In this document: positions 27,094 to 35,560 of the stretch, piece after piece
How the letters are laid out: every line of letters starts with the position of its first letter
How positions within the stretch are numbered: position 1 is the first letter of the stretch
Source of the DNA: Nanobdellota archaeon
GTDB taxonomy: Archaea; Nanobdellota; Nanobdellia; Woesearchaeales; GW2011-AR9
NCBI GenBank assembly: GCA_040751885.1
Contig: JBFMFP010000002.1
Coordinates: 1 to 50,746, forward strand
Length of the DNA: 50,746 bases
Direction of reading: 5' to 3'
Made by a program: the position numbers and the translations under genes
Notes under the pieces: model-generated
Seen by the model: the letters and a program-made list of their open reading frames with translations, nothing else
The model's database searches: none
Told to the model about the DNA's origin: nothing

Positions 27094-28165
27094 TTTTGAT
27101 TATCTCAACAATTTTTTTAGCAATGTTAATATTTAAATTTAATTGAATATTCTTCATTTGCAGCAATTTGCCGGTATTATTAATCAACTCTATAGCGTCA
27201 TTTACTATTTTTTCTCTCCCAGTTCCAACAATTAAATTTTTACCGATATCCGTGAGGTAAGTCCACTCTGTTTCATTTCTTAAAATCAAACAAGGCTTAT
27301 TTAAAGCTGCAGCTTCTTCCTGAATACCGCCAGAATCGCTCATCACAAATAAACAGTTATCTAATAGATTTAAGAAATCCAAATATCCTTGCGGTTCAAT
27401 TAATTTTATTTTGAACGGATGCAGGTTATGTTCGGCCAATATTTTTCTGGTTCTGGGATGTACGGGAAACACTACCTGTATATGCCCAGCGATTTCTTCA
27501 GCGGCTTTGACCATTCCTTTTAAAACTTCAAAATTATCTGTGTTTTCAGCGCGGTGAATAGTCAATAGAATAAACCTGTTTTTTTCCAAACATTCTTCCT
27601 TGAGAATAAATGATTTTTCTCTGGCATAAGCAACATTTCTGAGGGAAGCCTCAATTGCCATACTCCCGGCTACATGGATTCTTTCCTCCGGCAATCCTTC
27701 TCGTAACAGATTTTTGCGGGCTTTTTCATCGGGAGCTATCAGCAGATCTGCACAATGGTCACAGACAATCCGGTTAATCTCCTCAGACATCTCCTTATTA
27801 AAAGAGCGACATCCCGCTTCCAGATGGATGAGTGGGAGATGTAATTTTGCTGCCACCAAAGCTCCCGCTAGAGGGGTATTTGGATCAGCAAATACAACTA
27901 CCCAATCCGGTTTTTCTCGTAAAAGAATTTTCTCAGTTTTAACCATCATCTTTGCTGTTTGTATTGCTTGACTATCAGAACCTACCCTCAATAAATAATC
28001 CGGTTCCCTTAACCATAATTCCTCAAAGAAAACTTTATCCATATTATAATCATAATGCTGGCCTGTATGTATCAGAATATGCTCAAATTCTTGGTCTAAT
28101 AAGGGGATTAAAGGGGATAATTTTATTATCTCCGGTCTCGTGCCTAGAATTGTACAAATTTTCAT
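27077..28165 (-). CDS. UDP-N-acetylglucosamine 2-epimerase family (WecB/WbpI/NeuC-type; hydrolysing or not cannot be told)
   Basis: Motifs GTRPEIIKL, HTGQHYD, HLEAG and DSGGIQEEA. Confidence 0.9.
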   Translation of the reverse strand: MKICTILGTRPEIIKLSPLIPLLDQEFEHILIHTGQHYDYNMDKVFFEELWLREPDYLLRVGSDSQAIQTAKMMVKTEKILLREKPDWVVVFADPNTPLAGALVAAKLHLPLIHLEAGCRSFNKEMSEEINRIVCDHCADLLIAPDEKARKNLLREGLPEERIHVAGSMAIEASLRNVAYAREKSFILKEECLEKNRFILLTIHRAENTDNFEVLKGMVKAAEEIAGHIQVVFPVHPRTRKILAEHNLHPFKIKLIEPQGYLDFLNLLDNCLFVMSDSGGIQEEAAALNKPCLILRNETEWTYLTDIGKNLIVGTGREKIVNDAIELINNTGKLLQMKNIQLNLNINIAKKIVEIIKNEPKK

Positions 28166-28176
28166 TTTTAAAGAAA

Positions 28177-28896
28177 CTATTTCTTCTTTTTAAATAATTT
28201 AAGAAACAAGAGACCGGAGGCAAAAAGAAAATGGCTCTTAATTACTTTGAGCATCCTTATCTTTGAATCGCCAAAAGCTCTTGTGTTGAGCGTGGTGGGA
28301 TACTCCCTGACTTTATATCCTTTATTGAGGGCTAAAATCAGTATTTCAGCGGTGGCTAAAAAATCATCCGACTTAAAGGCAACGTTTTGGATTACTTCCT
28401 TTTTGTAGGCGCGGAAAAGAGCAGTAAAAGTGTATATCCTGGAACCGGTCAAGAGACAATAGATTCCCGTTATGGATTTGCTGAGAAATAAGCGATGTTT
28501 CGGAATGTTATTGTTTCCCAGAGGATGATATGGTGAAGCCGTGACCATATCTGTGTCCTCGTCAAGCACCTTTAACATTTTGGGGATATTCTTGGGGTCA
28601 TAAGTGCAGTCGCTGTCCATGGTAACAATAATGTCTCCCGTCGCTTGGGCAAAACCCGTCCGCATCGCCGCTCCAAGGTTTTTATTAATCTCATGCGGAA
28701 CAATTTTCACATAGCTTTTCTTCCCAAAATAATGGTTGAGCAGCTCTAACGTTCTGTCTTTACTTCCGTCATCAACAAAAATTAGCTCTAATTCCCAGTC
28801 TTTAGACAAACTTTCCAGGACGGGATTTAGCTGGGAGTGGAGGTTTTCAATTCCTTTTTCCTCGTTATAGCAGGGAACAATTAAAGAGAGTTTCAT
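28177..28896 (-). CDS. GT2 polyprenyl-phosphate sugar synthase-like glycosyltransferase (DPM1/GtrB/ArnC-like)
   Basis: Motifs SLIVPCYNEE, FVDDGSKD and TMDSDC. The C-terminal end is hydrophobic. Confidence 0.8.
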   Translation of the reverse strand: MKLSLIVPCYNEEKGIENLHSQLNPVLESLSKDWELELIFVDDGSKDRTLELLNHYFGKKSYVKIVPHEINKNLGAAMRTGFAQATGDIIVTMDSDCTYDPKNIPKMLKVLDEDTDMVTASPYHPLGNNNIPKHRLFLSKSITGIYCLLTGSRIYTFTALFRAYKKEVIQNVAFKSDDFLATAEILILALNKGYKVREYPTTLNTRAFGDSKIRMLKVIKSHFLFASGLLFLKLFKKKK

Positions 28897-28957
28897 AAAA
28901 ACAAAATTAATTGCTTTTATTTATAAATTTTAAGAAAAATAAAGTGTTGGAAATAAA

Positions 28958-29284
28958 TCAAATATATATTACAAAAATCCCCAAAAATATTAAGCAAATT
29001 CCGATTATCTTGAATTTGCTGATCTTCTCTTTTAAGAACACTTTTGCCAAAATGATTGCCCAAAGGTAGCTAATCGAAGCTATAAGATAAATGAAAGTTA
29101 AAGGGGCCTGTTTTAAAGCGTAGATATAAAATAAAAAAGAAACTCCAGCTAAAGTTACAGCCCAAATCAGCTTCTTATTCCGAAAATTTACTTTAAATGC
29201 CGCTCCAAGTTTAAACATTAAAGTGGAAAAAGCACCAAATACTGAAGAGATGAAGATAAAAATTAAAGCTAAAATTATATTCAT
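28958..29284 (-). CDS. Small 4-helix SMR/EamA-half membrane protein (ArnE/ArnF/GtrA-role candidate), subunit B
   Basis: 108 aa with four hydrophobic helices. It overlaps its partner gene by 4 nt. Confidence 0.55.
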   Translation of the reverse strand: MNIILALIFIFISSVFGAFSTLMFKLGAAFKVNFRNKKLIWAVTLAGVSFLFYIYALKQAPLTFIYLIASISYLWAIILAKVFLKEKISKFKIIGICLIFLGIFVIYI

Positions 29285-29634
29285 TTTTTGCTACCTCTGC
29301 TGATAATAATCACGCCTAAAGTAATCAAGCTTAATCCCACCCACTTCTGAGCAAGAATGATTTCCCCTAAAAAATAAACAGAAAGCAAAGTAACAAGAAC
29401 ATAACTGGAAGCCATCACTGGGTAAACCACTGAAAGTTCTCCCATTCGAAAAGCGTAAATATACACCAAAGAGCCAAGAACATAAAGTGCAGCTCCAATA
29501 AGTAAAGGATAATTGTTTATTTGGCTGAGAGAAAGACTAAACTTCGTGCTTCCTAACTTGAGCAGTATCTGGGCTATAGAAACAATTAAAGCACAAAGTA
29601 AAGCCAAAAAAACTGCTTTTGTATTATTTTCCAT
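29281..29634 (-). CDS. Small 4-helix SMR/EamA-half membrane protein (ArnE/ArnF/GtrA-role candidate), subunit A
   Basis: 117 aa with four hydrophobic helices. It forms an overlapping pair with 28958-29284. Confidence 0.55.
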   Translation of the reverse strand: MENNTKAVFLALLCALIVSIAQILLKLGSTKFSLSLSQINNYPLLIGAALYVLGSLVYIYAFRMGELSVVYPVMASSYVLVTLLSVYFLGEIILAQKWVGLSLITLGVIIISRGSKK

Positions 29635-29681
29635 TTATACCAACCTCTTAATTAACTTAATACATATCCAATAGAGCAAGC

Positions 29682-30686
29682 TTATAAATTTTTGTGATAA
29701 GCATTCCAAAAAGAGTCCAATTTTCTTCTCGTGAATTGTGGAGAATTGGGCACAAAAGCTATTCTCTCAGAAATTGCTGAACCGCTCCAAGGAGGCGAAA
29801 ACAAAAAATTGTTCTTTAAAGCTTTGTTCCTCTCCACTCCGGAAGGAAAAATAAATGACAAATAATTAAAACTCGATTCCGCGTCTTTGACGACTATTTG
29901 AGCAACTATTTTTTTATTTAAATAAAAAAAGTTCCTCTTTCTTTTTTGAATATTATCTTTTAAACAATTAATCTGTCTCAAAGCAAAATAAGCTTCTAAT
30001 CGGCTGCATTCAAAGCTTTGGTCCAAAGAGTTGGTTAATTTTAAATCTTCTTTCTTCTTCACCAAGTAAATCATTACCTTTGAAATAAAAAAAGCCCTCG
30101 TTTCATACAGCGAAGCAAACAGCCTCTTTATATAAACTAACGAGGAAGGCCGGCTTTGAAAAGAATCACGCAAATCTCTAATCGCTTGAACATCTTGATT
30201 GGTAATCACAGCCCCTCCTCCAAAATTTACCATCTGCTTGGTAAAGCTGTAAACGGCATAATCCCCAAAAGTTCCGGCCAATTTTCCCCCGTAGCTTGCT
30301 CCCAAAGCATGGGCAATGTCCTCAATCAGGATTAAATTGTACTTCTCACAAAGCTGCTTTATTTCTGAAATTCCGCTGGGATTCCCGTAGGTGTGGACAA
30401 AAATAATGGCTTTAGTGTTCTTATGGATGTTCTTTTCCACTAATTTGTAATCAAGATTAAAAGTTTTCTCGTTGACGTCCACTAAAACCGGCCTTGCTCC
30501 TGCTCTTCTCGCCGCCCCAATTACACTTTCACAGATAAATGACTGGACAATAACTTCATCGGTTTCTTTAAGCTTTAGGCTCAGAAGCAGCGTATAAAGT
30601 GCATTCCGGCAGGAACCGAACAGAACCGCGTTCTTCAATCCTAAAAAAGAAGACAATTCTTTTTCCAGTTTCTGCTTGATATTCAT
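29682..30686 (-). CDS. DegT-family aminotransferase, short form (ArnB-role candidate)
   Basis: Motifs LIEDIAHALGASYGG and the catalytic Lys segment YSFTKQMV. Confidence 0.75.
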   Translation of the reverse strand: MNIKQKLEKELSSFLGLKNAVLFGSCRNALYTLLLSLKLKETDEVIVQSFICESVIGAARRAGARPVLVDVNEKTFNLDYKLVEKNIHKNTKAIIFVHTYGNPSGISEIKQLCEKYNLILIEDIAHALGASYGGKLAGTFGDYAVYSFTKQMVNFGGGAVITNQDVQAIRDLRDSFQSRPSSLVYIKRLFASLYETRAFFISKVMIYLVKKKEDLKLTNSLDQSFECSRLEAYFALRQINCLKDNIQKRKRNFFYLNKKIVAQIVVKDAESSFNYLSFIFPSGVERNKALKNNFLFSPPWSGSAISERIAFVPNSPQFTRRKLDSFWNAYHKNL

Positions 30687-30756
30687 TTTATGGCGAGTTT
30701 CCCTTAAAATTAAGGATTTTTGTTATATTTTGTGCTTTTTTCCTCCTCAAACATTT

Positions 30757-31806
30757 CTACTTAAACTGCCTAATCACCAAAGGGCTAATGATTCGAATAA
30801 CCCCCTTGGGCAGCAAACTCCAGGCTTTTCCGTAAAATTTGTATAGGCTAAATGACTTTTCCAGCGAGGGAATATTTTTTTCTTTTTGAGCATAAAAATA
30901 ATAAGGTATTTCTCTTTTCTCTTTGCACCATCTCTCCTTGAAAGCATAGAGGTTGCCTTCATTGAGCTCTTTGGTGGTTCCGCCAAAATCAAGCACCTTA
31001 TAACCCTTTTGAATTCCGAATTTAATAACTTCCCACAGCAAAACATAATAAGGGCATAAGTGGGCATATTTGTAATCTGCCCCGGCAAAGCCATATTCTA
31101 TTTCTTTCCGATGCAAAAAGAAAAAGGCCGAAGCTATCGGCTTTTCTTTCAGATAAGTAACGCCCACCAAACAATTGCATGTTTCCAAAGCCTCCTTAAA
31201 TAGGCCATAAGGCCAGGCTGGAACCCCTCTTTTTTTCTTAGTGTTTAAATAGATTTTATAAAAGTCATTTAATAGCTTTTCTTCTTTATCTAATTTTACC
31301 TTCAAATTATTTTTTTGGGCTTTTTTAATGTCATAACGCACCCGCTTGTCCAAGGATTTAAACGTTTCTTCTTCCGTAGTCTTAAATGGGAGCAGAAAAT
31401 CTGTGATCAGCGACTGTCTCACCATTCCCTCAGCTAATTCCTGCTCCAGTTCCTTTTTCTGCCTGATTTCCAGAAATCCCGCCGTGGAAGAAAGCTCTTT
31501 TGCTTTTTCCAATAATCTTTTTTTGCATTCCACATCTTTTCCCACTACGCCACCAAAAGGAAAAAAAGGGATGGAGACCATTCTTTTTCCTTCGATAAAA
31601 CTTGTTGCCTCAAACAATGGAAGGGCACCGACGATTTTTTCTCTCTCCTTGGCGATTAAATATACCGACTTAAACTTAAAATGCTTTTCTACCAATTCTT
31701 TAACCTCTAAACTATGTTCATAAAGAGCGTCTTCATTTTCCTTTACAAATTGCCTATACTGCTCATAATCCTTTTCTTCCAGAAGGGAAATCAGGTATTT
31801 TTCCAT
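30757..31806 (-). CDS. FemAB-like / Acetyltransf_6 transferase, paralog 3
   Basis: 349 aa and collinear with 31837-32892. Compare FEHTLLWKE with YEHSLEVKE, the KGVLPLF/GALPLF segments, the RKFRGVPGYPYSYF/KKKRGVPAWPYGLF segments, and the shared C-terminal ...SP(K/L)VIRQF. Confidence 0.6.
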   Translation of the reverse strand: MEKYLISLLEEKDYEQYRQFVKENEDALYEHSLEVKELVEKHFKFKSVYLIAKEREKIVGALPLFEATSFIEGKRMVSIPFFPFGGVVGKDVECKKRLLEKAKELSSTAGFLEIRQKKELEQELAEGMVRQSLITDFLLPFKTTEEETFKSLDKRVRYDIKKAQKNNLKVKLDKEEKLLNDFYKIYLNTKKKRGVPAWPYGLFKEALETCNCLVGVTYLKEKPIASAFFFLHRKEIEYGFAGADYKYAHLCPYYVLLWEVIKFGIQKGYKVLDFGGTTKELNEGNLYAFKERWCKEKREIPYYFYAQKEKNIPSLEKSFSLYKFYGKAWSLLPKGVIRIISPLVIRQFK

Positions 31807-31836
31807 ATTATTTTTCCATTTTATTGTTTTCAGTTC

Positions 31837-32892
31837 TCAGACAAATTGCCTGATAACTTTTGGGCTTAATAATTTTACTGCCCTGAGTGGCAGCCGTTTC
31901 CAGACTGCGCTGGCTGCTTTAAACATCGCCGCATTGTCTGCCGCAGGCGGGCCTTTAGACTGGCAGAGGTAAAAATAATGGGGAATTTCCCTGATTTTGT
32001 CAGCCCATTTTTTCTTAAATTCATACAAGCCGCCTTCGTTTGTATTCAATGTAGCTCCTCCCAAATTAAACTGCTCATATCCATTTAAACAGGCTTCCTT
32101 AATGGCTTCCCAAAGGATCAGGTGATAAGGCTGCAACTTGAGCATTTTTCTGTCCTGCACTGCTCCGGCGAAGGCATAACGCATCTCTTTTTTATAAAAA
32201 ATCAAAAATATGGAAGCCAGCGGATTCTCCCCGTACATGGCGAGATAAATTTTTGCTTTGTCTCCAAACTTATTGATGATCTCTGCAAAATAAGAATAAG
32301 GATATCCGGGCACTCCCCGGAATTTTCTGGTCAAAACAAACAAGTCATAAAATTCATTAAGCTCCTTTGCCGAATTTCCTACTCTCCAGGTTAACCCGCT
32401 TTGCCGGGCGGTTTTAATTCCCCAGCGCACACTCCCTTTAGGCAGTTTTTTCCAAACTCTCTCCGGGCTGTCGGACAATTGCAGGGAAAAATTAAAAACC
32501 TCTTTCCTTAATTTAAACTCCCTGAAACTTGCTCTTTCTTCTTTTTCCCGAATCTCCAAAAAACCAGCTTTTTCCCTCCGGGCCAAATCCCGGGCAAAAA
32601 GAATTAATTTTTCTCTTATCTCCTCACTATCAGCCAATGTCCCCGTATGGACAGCATAGGGGGTTGAGACAATCCTTTTGCCGAAGATGCTTTTGGCCAG
32701 GAACAAAGGCAGAACCCCTTTAATTGTACCCCCTCCTTCCTCAAAAACAACATATAAAGGCTTAAAGCCAAAGTTTTCTTCCAGTATTTCTTTCCAGAGG
32801 AGAGTATGTTCAAAAGCAGAACCGGGGTGATTATCTACATAATCCTGATATTTTTTTTCATCCGCCTGAGCGAGAAGAGAACAATTTTCCAT
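31837..32892 (-). CDS. FemAB-like / Acetyltransf_6 transferase, paralog 2
   Basis: See 30757-31806. This is an adjacent tandem paralog. Confidence 0.6.
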   Translation of the reverse strand: MENCSLLAQADEKKYQDYVDNHPGSAFEHTLLWKEILEENFGFKPLYVVFEEGGGTIKGVLPLFLAKSIFGKRIVSTPYAVHTGTLADSEEIREKLILFARDLARREKAGFLEIREKEERASFREFKLRKEVFNFSLQLSDSPERVWKKLPKGSVRWGIKTARQSGLTWRVGNSAKELNEFYDLFVLTRKFRGVPGYPYSYFAEIINKFGDKAKIYLAMYGENPLASIFLIFYKKEMRYAFAGAVQDRKMLKLQPYHLILWEAIKEACLNGYEQFNLGGATLNTNEGGLYEFKKKWADKIREIPHYFYLCQSKGPPAADNAAMFKAASAVWKRLPLRAVKLLSPKVIRQFV

Positions 32893-32906
32893 TTTTTAAA
32901 CCATTT

Positions 32907-33803
32907 TTAAATCACTTCTGCAAAATCTTGGGTAGTGACTATTTCATAATCATGGGATATTTTTCCGATAATTTTTTCGCAAAGAGGGAAACGTTTTTGA
33001 AAACTTATTTTGCTTAAGTGACCTAACCTTGAGTCAGTCAAATCGTCGGAGAGATCAGCCGCATGAAAGGCATAATTCAGGTAAGGGCTGAACTGGCTAT
33101 TCATCTGGTAAGCAAAGTTAAAATATGAACGGCCAAACTTAGCGGCAAAAGTGGGATGAAAAGGAACCCTTAACCAGGGCATCACCGAACAGGGAACTTC
33201 CCTAAGCTGCATCTCTCCTTCTTTAACTATTTTATCAGGGGAAGGATGGTAAGGCCGGTGTGGCGCAAATACCCAGCTATGTCCTGGCCCATAGGTTCTT
33301 TTCTCACCTCCGGAAAAGAGGCGATTTATTCTCAAAATAAGGGGATAAAAGGGAGTAGGAATTATTGAGGAATCGTAAAGATATCCCCTCTCTTCCAGAA
33401 TTTTCAAAATTTCTCCGTCCAAGTCAAAACCGGGAGCCTTAAAACCGAGTGGCCTCTTTCCCGTAATTTTACGGATGACTTCTTCTCCCTTACTGATTTC
33501 CCAAAGTTTTTCCCCCGAAGAAAGTTTTCTAAAGCCAAACCGGTGAGAATAACTGTGATTGGCAATTTCATGACCGGCTTTGCTTATTTCACGAATCAGC
33601 CCAATTTTATTTTTGCATTCGCCATCTTTGCCAACCAAAAAAAAAGTTGCTCTTATGTTATACTTGGCAAATAAATCCAGGAAACGCGGGATAGAGCTTT
33701 CAAAGACCACGTCAGGGTAAATCTCTGACTTGTAGCCATAATATTCCAAGTTCGTCCAGAGCCCATCCATATCCACCTGTATTGTGCCCGTTTTCTTCTT
33801 CAT
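32907..33803 (-). CDS. Polysaccharide deacetylase, CE4/NodB family (ArnD-role candidate)
   Basis: Motifs TFFLVGKD and AGHEIANHSYSH. Confidence 0.8.
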   Translation of the reverse strand: MKKKTGTIQVDMDGLWTNLEYYGYKSEIYPDVVFESSIPRFLDLFAKYNIRATFFLVGKDGECKNKIGLIREISKAGHEIANHSYSHRFGFRKLSSGEKLWEISKGEEVIRKITGKRPLGFKAPGFDLDGEILKILEERGYLYDSSIIPTPFYPLILRINRLFSGGEKRTYGPGHSWVFAPHRPYHPSPDKIVKEGEMQLREVPCSVMPWLRVPFHPTFAAKFGRSYFNFAYQMNSQFSPYLNYAFHAADLSDDLTDSRLGHLSKISFQKRFPLCEKIIGKISHDYEIVTTQDFAEVI

Positions 33804-33806
33804 GAT

Positions 33807-35483
33807 TTAATCTGTTCCCTTGCTTATTTCTTTGTCTTTTTTAAAAATAAAAATTACTGGCATTTTCTGAGGGTTCCCATCGACAAGAACATCTCTTTCC
33901 ACAACTTTAACCAGTTTAAAACCCAAACTTCCGAAATAATCTAGACTCTGTTGAGTAATTGGCCAGTACCATTTAGGTTGGTAATACTCCCATACATCAA
34001 CCTCAAGATAAACATCGCTTTCCCGGGATAAATTTTTAACATCCTCTTCAAAATTCTTCTGGCTGACATTGTCATAATTTTCAGTGTAACGATAAGGGCT
34101 GCGTAAATTCCAGATGCTTCCTCCTAAATCCAAGTCTTGAGGAGGGCCGCCAAATTCCCGTTCGGCAAATAAACGGATAGAGCGGTATTCCCCGGCAAAG
34201 ATGGGATCCTTTTCCGGCACGTTTTCCTTCAGCCAAGTTCCTGCTTCCTCATAGCCAAGATAGCTGAAAGACTTGTTGTAGATCAGAGGGTCCCCCACCT
34301 GGTAATAATTCCAGCTAATCAGCAGAACTGCTCCTATGACTACAAAGTATTTTACCGCTTTATGGGTAAACAAAGAGATATAGGAACCCAGTTCATCCAA
34401 AGCGAAAGCGGCTAAGATAACCGCAACCGAAAGCAAAGGAAGCATATAGCGGTCTTGAGTGTTGTCAACATTGATTTCAAAGAACAGCCAATAAAATAAA
34501 AAGAGGATAATTCCAAAATAATATTCTTTTTTCTTATAGAAAATAACAAATAAAGCTCCCAAAACAACAAAAGGGATTAAATACCAGGAAAAGATCCATT
34601 CCAGCATCCCTAATGCTTCAAAGCCAAAAGGCATCCCTCTTCTCGCTAAAAACAGATTGAAAATGCGGTCTAGGCCCCTGATTTTGAATAAAAGTTTAGC
34701 CACAAAATGGGCTACCAAAACAGATCCTACCGGTATCAGCCAGGAAACTAAAACTGCCTTGTTTTTGATCATTTCTTTTCTTTTAAACAGTAGATAGTAA
34801 ATCACCAATGCAAAGACGTACAAAGAAGATTGGGCTTTAGTGAACATAGCAGCCAAGAACATTATTCCTGAAGTAATACCCCATAAAATCTTATTGGTAT
34901 GTTCTAACTTTATCATACAATACAGGAGTATAATGGTGGTTACTAACAACGGTGAATCAGCTAAAGGCCGAATGCTGTAAAACCAAAAAAGATGATTAAA
35001 TGTTAGCAGAGCTGTGGCTATTAGCCCAGTAAATTTGTTTTTTAATTCTGTTCCCAGGAGATACATGAAGATTACACCAGCCAGGGCATAGAGCATAGCA
35101 ACGATTTTCCCGGAGAGAAGAATGTTTTTAGTAAACAAATAAAAAAGAGCAGTAAGTGTTTGAATTGGGGCATAATCGCCAAGCAAATAACCCCAACTAA
35201 AAAATAAAGAGGGGGCCTTTGTTACTTTGATGGCAAGCCACAAATGCACAGCCGCATCATTCCAAAGGCTTTCCTGGCTAATATATTTCAAACGAATTAG
35301 GAAAGCGAGGAAAAGGATAAGGAGAAAAACAAGGTTGTATTTGTCACTTAAAAAGGAAAGAGTTTTTTTCTTAAGGTTTTCTGTAAAAGAGAGCTTTTGG
35401 GCGGGGGAAACATCTTTAGTTGAAATGATGCCATTTTCTGTTGCCTTTTCAGAAGAGGGAATTTGATTTGTCTTTTCTTCCAT
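33807..35483 (-). CDS. GT-C fold glycosyltransferase (ArnT/PMT-like)
   Basis: Polytopic, with the first-loop motif ESLWNDAAVH and a C-terminal soluble domain. ATG at 35483 is preceded by GGGGTGG. The track ORF extends to a TTG at 35549. Confidence 0.7.
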   Translation of the reverse strand: MEEKTNQIPSSEKATENGIISTKDVSPAQKLSFTENLKKKTLSFLSDKYNLVFLLILFLAFLIRLKYISQESLWNDAAVHLWLAIKVTKAPSLFFSWGYLLGDYAPIQTLTALFYLFTKNILLSGKIVAMLYALAGVIFMYLLGTELKNKFTGLIATALLTFNHLFWFYSIRPLADSPLLVTTIILLYCMIKLEHTNKILWGITSGIMFLAAMFTKAQSSLYVFALVIYYLLFKRKEMIKNKAVLVSWLIPVGSVLVAHFVAKLLFKIRGLDRIFNLFLARRGMPFGFEALGMLEWIFSWYLIPFVVLGALFVIFYKKKEYYFGIILFLFYWLFFEINVDNTQDRYMLPLLSVAVILAAFALDELGSYISLFTHKAVKYFVVIGAVLLISWNYYQVGDPLIYNKSFSYLGYEEAGTWLKENVPEKDPIFAGEYRSIRLFAEREFGGPPQDLDLGGSIWNLRSPYRYTENYDNVSQKNFEEDVKNLSRESDVYLEVDVWEYYQPKWYWPITQQSLDYFGSLGFKLVKVVERDVLVDGNPQKMPVIFIFKKDKEISKGTD

Positions 35484-35515
35484 TAAACCACCCCAATAAC
35501 TGTTTCTTTCCAAAT

Positions 35516-35525
35516 CTTTATAAAG
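35516..35525. promoter_or_regulatory. Palindromic TATA-like element CTTTATAAAG centred between divergent start codons
   Basis: It lies about 38 nt from the minus-strand ATG at 35483 and about 40 nt from the plus-strand ATG at 35561. Confidence 0.25.
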
Positions 35526-35560
35526 CTTATCAAACCCCGGTGCTATCAATTAATAATACA

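Noticed and set aside
873-31723. Many 60-216-aa track ORFs nested inside or antisense to longer genes. Examples: 873-1115, 1262-1465, 6511-6934, 13800-14174, 15332-15682, 18101-19335, 19875-20525, 24202-25410, 25707-25940 and 31346-31723.
   Set aside because: Each lies wholly within a longer ORF that has clear family motifs. Their translations are low-complexity or compositionally odd, with no recognisable motifs. I treat them as shadow ORFs.
35441-35560. Long N-terminal extension of the 653-aa track ORF, and similarly 35484-35549 of the divergent gene
   Set aside because: The two extensions would overlap each other on opposite strands and start at non-ATG codons. The internal ATGs at 35561 and 35483 give sensible N-termini (a membrane helix, and an SD-preceded start).
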